Of a stretch of DNA of 64,000 nucleotides, positions 11,050 to 20,190 are shown one piece after another. Made by a program: the position numbers and the translations under genes. Within the stretch, counting starts at the first letter, position 1; each line of letters opens with the position of its first letter. Below the pieces are notes generated by a model. The model saw nothing but the letters and a program-made list of their open reading frames with translations, did no database searches and was not told where the DNA came from. Source of the DNA: an uncultured Thermomicrobiales bacterium (GTDB lineage Bacteria > Chloroflexota > Chloroflexia > Thermomicrobiales > UBA6265); the NCBI GenBank assembly GCA_902806325.1, contig CADCWE010000087.1, positions 17,660-81,659 on the forward strand, in the 5' to 3' direction.

Positions 11050-13563
11050 TTGACGCAATCGTTGCGAAGGCCGATAATTCGGCCCTACGCCGTGGATCGT
11101 GAATCGAGGCCGCCGCTCGTGTCCGTCGAGCTTTTGCCTGCCCGGTCGCCTGGGTTGCCGATCCCGCTGACCCCGCTGGTGGGGCGGGAGCGCGACATCG
11201 CGGCCATCGCGGCGCTGCTCGCGCGGCCGGAGGTCCGGCTGCTGACCTTGACCGGACCCGGCGGCGTGGGCAAGACCCGGCTCGGCTTGCGGGTGGCGAC
11301 CGACTTCCAGGCGGCGGGCGACGCCGCCGGTGACGTGCTGCTGGTGCCGCTTGCGGCGGTGGCGGAAGCGGGGCTGGTGCTGCCGTCGATCCGGCAAGCG
11401 CTCGAACTCCACGATGGCGGGCGGCGGCCGGGCACGGCATCGATCCACGACCTGCTGCGCGAGCGGCACATGCTGCTGGTGCTGGACAACGTCGAACACG
11501 TCGGCGCCGCCGCCGCCGATCTCTCGGCGTTGTTGGGCGCCTGCCCAGGGTTGACGATCCTGGCGACCGGGCGGGCGGGCCTGCGCGCCCAGGGCGAGTA
11601 TGAGTATCCCGTCCTCCCGCTGGCGTTGCCGCGCGGCGACGACGGGGTCGACGGGCCACCGTCGCTGGCGACAATCGCCGAGTCCGATGCGGTGGCGTTG
11701 TTCGTCCAGCGGGCGCGGGCCGTCAACCCCGGCTTCGCCTTGACCGCGGCCAACGCGGCCGCGGTGGCCGAGATCTGCCGCCGCCTGGACGGTTTGCCCT
11801 TGGCGCTGGAACTGGCGGCAGCGCGGATCAAGCTCCTCTCGCCCCAGGCGATGGTCGCCTTGCTCGCCAAACGGCTCCAGCTCCTGACCGGCGGCTCCCG
11901 GGACCTCCCCGCCCGCCAACAAACCCTGCGCGACACCGTTGCCTGGTCCCATGACCTCCTTTCGCCCGACCTCCAGCGGTTGTTCCGCCGACTCGCCGTC
12001 TTCGTCGGCGGGTTCACCTTGGAGGCGGCCGAGGACGTGGCCGGAGACGGACACCGAACGGCAGAATTCGGAGGCGGAACGGCGGATGCTGAGAACGGAC
12101 CGTCGTCCGATCGCCCGTCCTCCGACGTCCGACCTCCGACGTCCGTCTCGGTCCTCGACGGCATCGCCGCCCTGATCGACCAGAGCCTGGTCTGGCAGGA
12201 CACCGCCGAGCACGCGGGTGATGGGAGCGAGCCACGCTACATGATGCTGGAGACGATCCGCGAATACGGCTGGGATCGGCTCTTGGCGAGCGAGGAGGCG
12301 GACGACCTCCGTCGCCACCACGCGGTCTGGTACCGGGCGCTGGCCGAGCAGGCGGAACCGGCGTTCGTCGCGGGGAGGGAGCAAGCGCGTTGGATCCGAC
12401 GGTTGGCCAACGAGCATGGCAACCTGCAGGCCGCGCTGCGGTGGGCCGAGGAGCGGCGGGACGGCGATCTCCTCCTGGCGCTGGCCGGGGCCATGGCCGG
12501 GTTCTGGTGGCTGCGCGGCCACCTCGACGAGGGACGGCGGTGGCTCGAACGCGCGCTAGCGACGACCGCGGGGGCGGGTTCGGCGGCCGACCGGCGCAAG
12601 GCGCTGACTGGCATCGGGCTGATCCTCCAGGCCCGGGGCGATCTGGAGGAGGCGCGGGCGCCGTTGGCCGAGGCCCTGGTCCTGGCGCGGGCCGACGGGG
12701 ATGACGCCGGAACCGGGCGGGCGCTGCTGCTGCTCGGCACCACCGCGCGACGACGGGGCGACGCGGCCGAAGCGGAAGCACTGCTGAACGAAGCCCTGGC
12801 CGCCGCGCGCCGGGCGGGTGACCCGTTCGGCGTCGCCCACGCGCTGGACCACCTCGGCCTGACCGCGGCCGGACGCGGCGCCCTCGACCGGGCCGACCAG
12901 CACTTCCGGGAAGCGCTGGAGCTGCAACGGGCGCTGGGCGACGGATGGAGCGCCGGGTTTTCCCTCGCCAACCTGGGGGCGGTCGCCCTGGCGCGGGGCG
13001 ACCACGCGACGGCGCTGGCGCGGTACCGGGAAGGGTTGGCGCTGCGGCGCGACCAGGGCTACCGGATCGGGGTGGCGGAGTGCTTGGCCGGGTTGGCGGC
13101 GGTGGCGGCGGCGTGTCGCCAGCCCGAGCGAGCGGCGCGGCTGCTGGGCGCGGCGTGGGCGCTGCGCGACGCGCTGGGCGTCCCGGTCGCCCCCGCCGAC
13201 CGGCCGCGCGAGGAGCGAACCGTCGCGGAGGCGCGGGCGGCGCTGGGCGAGGACGGCGTCGCGGCGGCGATCGCGGCCGGACGGGCGCTGACGGCCGAGG
13301 AGATGGAACACGAAGCGCGGGCGGTCACCACCGGCGAACCCCCACCGGAGGCGGAACCGGCCGCGGGCCGGATGGGACTGACCGCCCGCGAGCGGGAGGT
13401 GTTGCGCCTGGTGGTGGCCGGCAAGACAGACCGCGAGATCGCCGACGACCTCTTCATCGGCCACCGCACGGTTGGCACCCACGTCGCCAACATCCTGGCC
13501 AAACTCGACGTTCGGTCTCGCCGGGAAGCGGCCGTCTACGCGCTCCGCAACAACATCGGCTGA
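11050..13563 (+). CDS. large ATP-dependent LuxR-family regulator (STAND/AAA ATPase + TPR + C-terminal LuxR HTH)
   Basis: Walker A is LTGPGGVGKTRL and Walker B is LLVLDNVEH. The middle of the protein is long and TPR-like. The C-terminus is LTAREREVLRLVVAGKTDREIADDLFIGHRTVGTHVANILAKLDV. The start (TTG at 11050) is uncertain. Confidence 0.8.
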   Translation: MTQSLRRPIIRPYAVDRESRPPLVSVELLPARSPGLPIPLTPLVGRERDIAAIAALLARPEVRLLTLTGPGGVGKTRLGLRVATDFQAAGDAAGDVLLVPLAAVAEAGLVLPSIRQALELHDGGRRPGTASIHDLLRERHMLLVLDNVEHVGAAAADLSALLGACPGLTILATGRAGLRAQGEYEYPVLPLALPRGDDGVDGPPSLATIAESDAVALFVQRARAVNPGFALTAANAAAVAEICRRLDGLPLALELAAARIKLLSPQAMVALLAKRLQLLTGGSRDLPARQQTLRDTVAWSHDLLSPDLQRLFRRLAVFVGGFTLEAAEDVAGDGHRTAEFGGGTADAENGPSSDRPSSDVRPPTSVSVLDGIAALIDQSLVWQDTAEHAGDGSEPRYMMLETIREYGWDRLLASEEADDLRRHHAVWYRALAEQAEPAFVAGREQARWIRRLANEHGNLQAALRWAEERRDGDLLLALAGAMAGFWWLRGHLDEGRRWLERALATTAGAGSAADRRKALTGIGLILQARGDLEEARAPLAEALVLARADGDDAGTGRALLLLGTTARRRGDAAEAEALLNEALAAARRAGDPFGVAHALDHLGLTAAGRGALDRADQHFREALELQRALGDGWSAGFSLANLGAVALARGDHATALARYREGLALRRDQGYRIGVAECLAGLAAVAAACRQPERAARLLGAAWALRDALGVPVAPADRPREERTVAEARAALGEDGVAAAIAAGRALTAEEMEHEARAVTTGEPPPEAEPAAGRMGLTAREREVLRLVVAGKTDREIADDLFIGHRTVGTHVANILAKLDVRSRREAAVYALRNNIG

Positions 13564-13566
13564 CCG

Positions 13567-14223
13567 ATGGCTGAGGAAACGGACATCGCCGCCGTCCGAT
13601 CCAGCTACGACCGGGTCGTCGCCGACTACGCCACTCGTTACGCCGGCGAACTGGCGCACAAGCCGTTGGACCGGGCGCTCCTGGCGAGCTTTGCCGAGCA
13701 GACCCGACTGCTGGGGCCGATCGCCGACATCGGTTGCGGCCCGGGCCAGGTCGCTCGGCTGCTCCACGACCTGGGTGCGGCGGTCGAAGGGATCGACCTT
13801 TCCCCGGCGATGGTCGCCGAGGCGCGACGGCTCCACCCAGAGATCGCCTTCCGGGAAGGGACCATGCTCCACCTGCCCGTGGCGGACGGCGCGCTGGGCG
13901 GGATCGTCGCGTTCTACTCGCTGATCCACCTGACGCCGGTCGAGGTGCCGCGGGCGTTGGCGGAGTTCGCGCGGGCGCTGAGACCGGGCGGTCTGCTCCT
14001 CGTGTCGTTCCACGTCGGACTGGAGACGGTGCATCTGGACACGTGGTGGGACCAAGACGTGTCCTTGGATTTCCGATTCTTCGCGATGGAGGAGATCGTT
14101 GACTGGCTGGAGGGGGCGGGGTTCGCGGTCGAGGCGCGGGTGGAGCGGGCACCGTACGTGCCCATCGAACATCCGAGCCTGCGGGGGTACGTGCTGGGAC
14201 GGAACGTGGGAGCCGATCGGTGA
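13567..14223 (+). CDS. class I SAM-dependent methyltransferase
   Basis: Motif I is IADIGCGPGQV, followed by GIDLSPAMV and GGIVAFYSLIHL. ATG start lies 4 nt after the previous stop. Confidence 0.85.
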   Translation: MAEETDIAAVRSSYDRVVADYATRYAGELAHKPLDRALLASFAEQTRLLGPIADIGCGPGQVARLLHDLGAAVEGIDLSPAMVAEARRLHPEIAFREGTMLHLPVADGALGGIVAFYSLIHLTPVEVPRALAEFARALRPGGLLLVSFHVGLETVHLDTWWDQDVSLDFRFFAMEEIVDWLEGAGFAVEARVERAPYVPIEHPSLRGYVLGRNVGADR

Positions 14224-14503
14224 TCGGCATCATTCCGGCGTCGGCCGTGCCCGAACCAGAAATGCGAGGCTGGGTGGTTCTGGAGAGGAACGCCACCGAC
14301 CGGTTGACGCCGATGGAGCGATTTGGGGGCCGCGCAGGCAGGGGTTCTTACGACCAGCGATCTTTTCTCGCGTTGCTCGGCATAACCCGGGACATGGGGA
14401 GACCGGTCCGATCTCGGCCGTCGGGGCTTCGTCGGCGTCGCGAAGGTCGCTCGAACGGTTGGTGGCGCCGTGACCGCGCCCTTCGCCGGCGCACAACGTC
14501 CGC

Positions 14504-15316
14504 TCATCCCGGTCCCAGGTACGTCCTCACCCGCCCGATCTCGACGAACCCGAGCTTGCGGTAGAGCGGCTCGCCGTCCGGTGACGAGGTCAGAACCGCG
14601 AGCCGGCGCCCGCCGGCCGCGGCCTCATGGAGGATGACCCGGGTCATTGCCGCACCGATCCCGCGCCCGCGGACGTCCTCCCGCGTGACGACGTTAAAGA
14701 TCCCAACCGCGTCCTCGCTCAGGTAGCGGCTGGCGGCGGCAACCGGCTCGCCGTCCAGACAGCCCAGATCGTGCCGCCACGGCTGCTCCGGGCCGAACCC
14801 GACCCGACCGAAGATCTCGACCAGCTTCGCCGCCACCTCCGGCGGTATCCCGAAACCGGCGCCAACGATGTCCCCGAATCGCGCGAACGTGGCCGGATCG
14901 GCGACGCGCGCGACGCGCAGCCCCGGCGGCAGGTCGTCGTCCGGCGGCATCGCGCCCAATTCCCGCGCCATCGCCGGGGAGTCGTCCGTCGGTGTCAGGC
15001 CGTGGGCGACGAGGCGCTCGCCGAGGTCGGGCGGGGCGCTGCCCGGCCCGACGTACCAAAGCATCGGCACGGCGCGGGCGCGGAACCGGTCCAGCGTGGT
15101 GGCAATCGCGGCGTCAGCGTCGTCCGGGGCGAATCGGGCCTGGGCGACGGTGTTGAAGAACGGGATCGGGAACCCCGTGATCAGGCGGATCAGATCCGGC
15201 CCGATGTGGACCTCCTCCGGGGGATGGACCGGCCATCCCGCCATCGACTCCCGCTCCAGGGCGTCCATCGTGGCGATCGCTTGGTCCGCGAACGCGGTCT
15301 CCTGGGGCGAGGGCAT
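14504..15316 (-). CDS. GNAT-family N-acetyltransferase
   Basis: The acetyl-CoA motif is VRGRGIGAAMTRVIL, followed by PLYRKLGFVEIG. AAGGAG lies 15 nt downstream of the NrfD-like stop and serves as the RBS. Confidence 0.8.
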   Translation of the reverse strand: MPSPQETAFADQAIATMDALERESMAGWPVHPPEEVHIGPDLIRLITGFPIPFFNTVAQARFAPDDADAAIATTLDRFRARAVPMLWYVGPGSAPPDLGERLVAHGLTPTDDSPAMARELGAMPPDDDLPPGLRVARVADPATFARFGDIVGAGFGIPPEVAAKLVEIFGRVGFGPEQPWRHDLGCLDGEPVAAASRYLSEDAVGIFNVVTREDVRGRGIGAAMTRVILHEAAAGGRRLAVLTSSPDGEPLYRKLGFVEIGRVRTYLGPG

Positions 15317-15331
15317 CGAGCGGCTCCTTCG

Positions 15332-16369
15332 CTAACGGCGCGACGCTCCGGGCGCCGCGTCCGGTCGTTGCGCCGACCGCGTCATCGCAAACGTGGCGGC
15401 CGGGTCGTCGGCCGATCGCTGGCCACCGGCCACGGCGGCGTAGCGAAGCAGGAAGCCGCCGATCAAGGTCAGCGTGGCGGCGGTCGCCGTTGTCGTCCGC
15501 GCCGGACGGCGACCGCCGCGGTGCGAAACCGCCCGGATTGCCATCGGCGCGACCAGCCCGGTGCCGACCACCCCGTACCGGACCAGGGCGCCGAGGCGGC
15601 CTTTGGTCAACGGCGCCGCCGTCTCTCCGAGCCGGGCGCGGGAGGCCCCAAGGACCGCCAACTCCGCGACCGCGGTCGCCTGCTCCAACTGTGCCAGCCG
15701 AGCCTGGGTTGCGGCCGGCGTGCCCGGCACCACGGCGAGGGCGAGCGAGACGGCGGCGGTGCCGTTTGAGAGCGCCGAACCGAGGAACAACGGCCCCATC
15801 AGCAGCGCGTTCTTGAACCAGAGCGGGACGGCGGTAGCGGCCAGGAGCACCCCGGTGTACCCGGCGACGAAAAACGCGAACGGTGTCCCGGCGGCGGCGA
15901 TCGCCCCGGCCGGCAACCCCCGCGCCGCGCCGCGGACCCGGCCCCGCCCCAGCAACCCGTCCTCCGCCGCCTGGATCACCGCCGCCGAGGCGGAGAACAA
16001 CCCGAAGACGGTGATCCCCCAACTCCCGGTCGACATCGGCGAGCGCCAGCGGACGGTCGAGAGCATCCGCCAGAACCGCCCCGGTCGGCCCAAATCCAGC
16101 ACCAGCAGCACCGGACACGGCAGCAGCGCCGCCAGGGAGACGTAGCGCCCGGCGCGCACCACCCGGCGGTCCTCCTCCGGTCCGACCAGGTGGGCCACCG
16201 CCGCGACCACGAACGCCCCACCCGCGATCCCACCGAGATAGAAGTAGGCGACGATCAACCAGCCCCAGTGGGCCTTGTGGACGACGGGGATGCCGTAGTA
16301 TCCCGGTGCCGCTTCCGGCGCGCCGGGGACCGGGGTGATGGCCGGTGCTGGCGGGGACCATGGCGTCAT
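15332..16369 (-). CDS. NrfD/PsrC-family polytopic membrane protein (quinol-interacting subunit type), orphan
   Basis: ATG at 16367-16369 gives the last 345 codons of listed ORF 15332..17200. The family-typical N-terminus is GYYGIPVVHKAHWGWLIVAYFYLGGIAGGAF. There are about 8 hydrophobic segments. TAG stop. Confidence 0.7.
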   Translation of the reverse strand: MTPWSPPAPAITPVPGAPEAAPGYYGIPVVHKAHWGWLIVAYFYLGGIAGGAFVVAAVAHLVGPEEDRRVVRAGRYVSLAALLPCPVLLVLDLGRPGRFWRMLSTVRWRSPMSTGSWGITVFGLFSASAAVIQAAEDGLLGRGRVRGAARGLPAGAIAAAGTPFAFFVAGYTGVLLAATAVPLWFKNALLMGPLFLGSALSNGTAAVSLALAVVPGTPAATQARLAQLEQATAVAELAVLGASRARLGETAAPLTKGRLGALVRYGVVGTGLVAPMAIRAVSHRGGRRPARTTTATAATLTLIGGFLLRYAAVAGGQRSADDPAATFAMTRSAQRPDAAPGASRR

Positions 16370-16471
16370 CGCGCGCCTTTCATCAGAGATTGGGCGCGCC
16401 GGGACCGGACGCCGCGCCAAGGGTACCAACTTCGCCCACCGGGCACCCGCCAACGCGAGGGAAGGTCGATC

Positions 16472-17410
16472 GTGGCGATCACGGACCGCGTCTACGCCGG
16501 GGACGAGGATTACGCTCGGATGCGGGCGTTGTTGCGGGTGATCTACCCACTGACCGTCCCCGCCGTCTATTGCACCGTCGGCGACTTGGACTGGTGGCGA
16601 TGGACCCACGCCGAGGGCGACGACATCGGCGGCGCGCGGCTCTGGTTCGCCAACGACGACCTGGTCGGGTTCGCCTACCCCGGCAAGGACGAGGTCGACC
16701 TGATGGTCCACCCCGACCACCGCGCGATCGAGGACGCGATGCTGGCTTGGGCGGAAGCGCGCCGGGTCGAGACGGCCACCACGGCGAGGGTTGAGGGGCC
16801 GATCGGGTTCAACGCCTGGTCGTTCGCCACCGACACGTCGCGCGAGGACACCCTGCGCCGCCGCGGCTACGCGAAGCAGGAGGGGGAGTTCCTCTGCTTC
16901 CGCGCCCGTGCCCTGGAAGCGCCGGTGCCGGAACCGGCGCCCCCACCGGGCTACGCCGTCCGGCACGTCCGGGGCGAGGACGATCTGGCGCGCCGGGTCG
17001 CGGTCCACCGCAACGCCTTCGCTCCCTCCCGGATGACGGCGGCGAAGCACCGCGCGGTGATGGCCTCGCCGACCTACCGGCCGGATCTGGACCTGGTAGC
17101 GGAGGCCCCGGATGGCAGTTTCGCCGCCTTCTGCATCGTCTGGTTCGACCCGGACAACCGGATCGGCGTCTTCGAGCCGGTCGGCACCCACTCGGCCCAC
17201 CGACGCCGCGGTCTCGCTACGGCCCTACTCTGCGCAGGGATGCGCCGCCTCCAATCCCTCGGCGCCCGGGTTGCTCACGTCAATTCCTGGGCCGTCGCAC
17301 CCCCGGCCGCGGCCCTCTACGACGCCGCGGGGTTGACCGAGATCGGACGCAACCACCGGTGGAAACGTGACCTCGTCGACACCCGCCGTTCCGATCGAAG
17401 CGAAGAATGA
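16472..17410 (+). CDS. GNAT-family N-acetyltransferase (two-lobed, mycothiol-synthase-like architecture)
   Basis: GTG at 16472 (codon 95 of the listed ORF) is preceded by GAGGGAAGG. The C-terminal lobe has the motif HRRRGLATALLCAGMRRL. The upstream part of the ORF is antisense to the NrfD-like gene. Confidence 0.75.
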   Translation: MAITDRVYAGDEDYARMRALLRVIYPLTVPAVYCTVGDLDWWRWTHAEGDDIGGARLWFANDDLVGFAYPGKDEVDLMVHPDHRAIEDAMLAWAEARRVETATTARVEGPIGFNAWSFATDTSREDTLRRRGYAKQEGEFLCFRARALEAPVPEPAPPPGYAVRHVRGEDDLARRVAVHRNAFAPSRMTAAKHRAVMASPTYRPDLDLVAEAPDGSFAAFCIVWFDPDNRIGVFEPVGTHSAHRRRGLATALLCAGMRRLQSLGARVAHVNSWAVAPPAAALYDAAGLTEIGRNHRWKRDLVDTRRSDRSEE

Positions 17411-17426
17411 TCGTTTGTTGCAACCC

Positions 17427-18017
17427 CTACGGCACGAAGACGCGGTCGCCGAGGCGGAGGGTGGCGGCGGCCTCGCGCGGCGTGGCGTAGTAGCCACGCA
17501 TCCCGTCGTTGAGGAAGACCAGGGCGTCGGTCACGGCGCGGCCGGGGGGCGTTTCCGGCGGCTGGTTGAGGGCGAAGCGGGAGAACTCGACGCACGGGGC
17601 GGCGACGGCGATCCGCTCCAACGCCACCAACCCGCCGGCGGTCTTCACCCGCAACCCCGCGGCCAGGTCGTCCTCGCCGATGGTGCCGTCGAAGGCGACC
17701 AGGACGTTCTCCCCGGCCACGCCGTCGGCCAAATGGTCCCCAAACCGCTCCCGCATCGCCGCGTAGTGCCCGGTGAAGCAGACGGAGAGGCCGTTTGTGC
17801 CGCCCCGGTTCTTCGAGGCGGGGTGGGCCCGGTTGTGGACGTCGAGGATCTCGTCCCCGTCATCGGCCAACCCGGTGACCCCGTCGGCGGTCACCTGCAG
17901 CGCCGGCACGGTCCGCAGCGGCGCGGGGTCGAACCATCGGGGCTGCTTCGCGCCGGCCTTCAGGCTCGCCGCCTGGACCTGCAAGCGGACGATGGCGCCA
18001 ACGAGTTGCATCGGCAT
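17427..18017 (-). CDS. MOSC domain-containing protein
   Basis: ATG at 18015-18017 gives the last 196 codons of the listed ORF. The pattern is a MOSC-like beta-barrel (GDHLADGVAGENVLV, PCVEFSRF, LRLGDRVFV). The start overlaps the upstream stop by 1 nt (TGATG). Confidence 0.7.
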   Translation of the reverse strand: MPMQLVGAIVRLQVQAASLKAGAKQPRWFDPAPLRTVPALQVTADGVTGLADDGDEILDVHNRAHPASKNRGGTNGLSVCFTGHYAAMRERFGDHLADGVAGENVLVAFDGTIGEDDLAAGLRVKTAGGLVALERIAVAAPCVEFSRFALNQPPETPPGRAVTDALVFLNDGMRGYYATPREAAATLRLGDRVFVP

Positions 18018-18754
18018 CACCCCGGCACCGGATCGGCAGACGGCGAGGCGTTGGTGGTCGCGCGGTGTCGGGCCACGGCGAAGAAGTTCCGCAGCACGGC
18101 CAAGCCGGCGGGGTGATCGTCGTCCCACCGCTCGGCGTGGAACTGGACGCCGAAGACGGGCCGGGTCGGGTCCAGGGAGCGGATCGCCTGGATCGGGGAC
18201 CAGGCGGAACTGGCGCAGGCCGCGAAGCCGGACGGCACGGCGGTCAGTTGCCAATAGTGGGATTGGAAGAAGGTCGCGCTCGCCGGCAGCCCGTCGAACA
18301 GGTCGCAGGCGGCATCGATCCGGACCGGCAGATAGCCCCGCTCTTTGCGTTGACCGGGGGCAAAGCGCGGGTCCGGGTCGGGTTCGCCCGGCGCCAGCGG
18401 GCCGAGCGGCCCCCAGGACGCGCCGTGGGCGAGACCGATCAATTGGTGGCCGGCGCAGACCCCGAGCAGCGGCACGGCGGTTCCCCGGATCGTGTCGAGG
18501 ATGCCGCCGAGCGCGGCGTCGGCGAACACCGCCCAATCGGTCCTGTTGCCGCCGAGAACGATCGCCGCCGGGTTCAGCGCCGCCAACGAGGCCGGATTGG
18601 CGACGGCCATCGCCAACACCTCCACCTCGCTCGATGCTCCGGCGGCGTCCACCAAGCGTTGGCGCGTGGCCTCCACCCGTCTCCGGTGGGCCGGGGCCAG
18701 GGCGGGGTTGGCCACGACGCCCTCGTGCTCGGTATCGACCAGGATGACGCGCAT
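18017..18754 (-). CDS. class I glutamine amidotransferase-like protein
   Basis: Start is at MRVILVD (codon 19 of the listed ORF). The nucleophile elbow is LLGVCAGHQL and the His-Glu pair is GVQFHAE. Confidence 0.7.
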   Translation of the reverse strand: MRVILVDTEHEGVVANPALAPAHRRRVEATRQRLVDAAGASSEVEVLAMAVANPASLAALNPAAIVLGGNRTDWAVFADAALGGILDTIRGTAVPLLGVCAGHQLIGLAHGASWGPLGPLAPGEPDPDPRFAPGQRKERGYLPVRIDAACDLFDGLPASATFFQSHYWQLTAVPSGFAACASSAWSPIQAIRSLDPTRPVFGVQFHAERWDDDHPAGLAVLRNFFAVARHRATTNASPSADPVPG

Positions 18755-18808
18755 GACGGTGCCGGCTCCGATCTCGGGTCGAGCGGTCGCTCGCGCCAGT
18801 GTATCCAA

Positions 18809-18836
18809 TTGCCGCGTCAGGGGGCTGCGATATACT
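18809..18836 (+). promoter_or_regulatory. candidate promoter for the sarcosine-oxidase-like gene
   Basis: TTGCCG (18809-18814), a 16-nt spacer, then TATACT (18831-18836). It lies in the 194-bp divergent intergenic region. Confidence 0.4.
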
Positions 18837-18948
18837 GCGCATCGGCCAAGAGAGCGTGGTCGGATGCGGGTCCTGGGGCCGCCATTGGCGTCGCCACGGG
18901 CCGCGATTGCGCCGCCCGCCGTGCCGATCGTGCGAGGAGACGCCCCCG

Positions 18949-20145
18949 GTGCAACCGCAACGCAACTACGAGGCGATCGTCGTCGGGTGCGGCGGCATCG
19001 GCAGCGCCGCCGCTTACCACCTCGCCAAGCGGGCGGGGCGCAACGTGCTCGCGATCGAGCAGTTCGCCCTCGGCCACGAGCGCGGCAGCTCGCAGGACCA
19101 TTCCCGGATCATCCGCCGCTCGTACCACGATCCGATCTACACCGCGCTCGCCGGCCCGACCTACCAGGTCTGGCGGCGGGTGGAGGAGGAGTCCGGAATC
19201 CCGTTGGTGCTCCAGACCGGCGGGTTGGACCTGGAGATGGCGGGCACCACCGGCCCGAAGAGCCTGTCCAATTGCGCCGTCTCGATGACCGAGCAGGGTG
19301 TCCCGTTTGAGGCGTTGGACGCCGGGGAACTGATGGCCCGTTGGCCGCAGTTCCGATTACCGGAGGGGGCGCGCGGCTTGTACCAGTCCCAGAGCGGACT
19401 GGTCGACGCGAAAAAGGCCAACGCCGTCCACGTCGCGCTCGCCCGCCGCCACGGGGCGACGATTCTCGACCGGTGCTCGGTGCGTGGTATCCGGTCGGTC
19501 GGCGACGGGGTGGAGGTCGAGACGGACCAGGGCACCTTCGCCGCCGGCCAGGTCGTCGTCGCTGCCGGAGCGTGGTCGAACGCGCTGCTCGGCCACCTCG
19601 GGTTGCGCTGGCCGCTGACCGTGACCCAGGAGCAGGTGACGTACTTCGCCACCCCCCACATCGCCGAGTTCGTGCCGGAGCGGTTCCCGGTCTGGATCTG
19701 GCGCGCGGCGCAAGGGTTCTACGGCTTTCCGGTCTACAGCGAGGTGGCGACCAAGGCCGGGCAGGACGTCGGCGGCGACGAGGTCACCGCCGACAGCCGC
19801 ACCTTCGAACCGAACCCACGCAGCCACGCCCGCCTGATGGCGTTCCTCGAAGCGCACCTGCCCCGCTTCGTCGGGCCGGAGCTGCTGACCAAGACCTGCC
19901 TCTACACGATGCCGCCGGACCGCCACTTCGTGATCGACCGCGTACCCGGCCACCCCCGGATCGCGATCGCCGTCGATGCCGGGCACGCGTTCAAGTTCGC
20001 CTCCTTGATCGGCTTGATCCTTAGCCAGATCGCCCTCGACGGCCAGAGCGAGTACCCGATCGCGCCGTTCCGCGCCGACCGCCCGGCGCTGACCGACCCA
20101 ACGTTCCGCCCGATCTTCCGCAACGAGGCCGTCCTCAGCCGCTAG
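18949..20145 (+). CDS. monomeric sarcosine oxidase / N-methyl-amino-acid oxidase family flavoprotein
   Basis: GTG at 18949 is preceded by GAGGAG. The FAD fold is AIVVGCGGIGSAAAYHLA. The covalent-flavin Cys context is KTCLYTMPPDRHFVID. TAG stop. Confidence 0.8.
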   Translation: MQPQRNYEAIVVGCGGIGSAAAYHLAKRAGRNVLAIEQFALGHERGSSQDHSRIIRRSYHDPIYTALAGPTYQVWRRVEEESGIPLVLQTGGLDLEMAGTTGPKSLSNCAVSMTEQGVPFEALDAGELMARWPQFRLPEGARGLYQSQSGLVDAKKANAVHVALARRHGATILDRCSVRGIRSVGDGVEVETDQGTFAAGQVVVAAGAWSNALLGHLGLRWPLTVTQEQVTYFATPHIAEFVPERFPVWIWRAAQGFYGFPVYSEVATKAGQDVGGDEVTADSRTFEPNPRSHARLMAFLEAHLPRFVGPELLTKTCLYTMPPDRHFVIDRVPGHPRIAIAVDAGHAFKFASLIGLILSQIALDGQSEYPIAPFRADRPALTDPTFRPIFRNEAVLSR

Positions 20146-20190
20146 CGCGTTCCCGACCGGATCGCTCGCCTCGCCCAAGGAGCATGCTTC

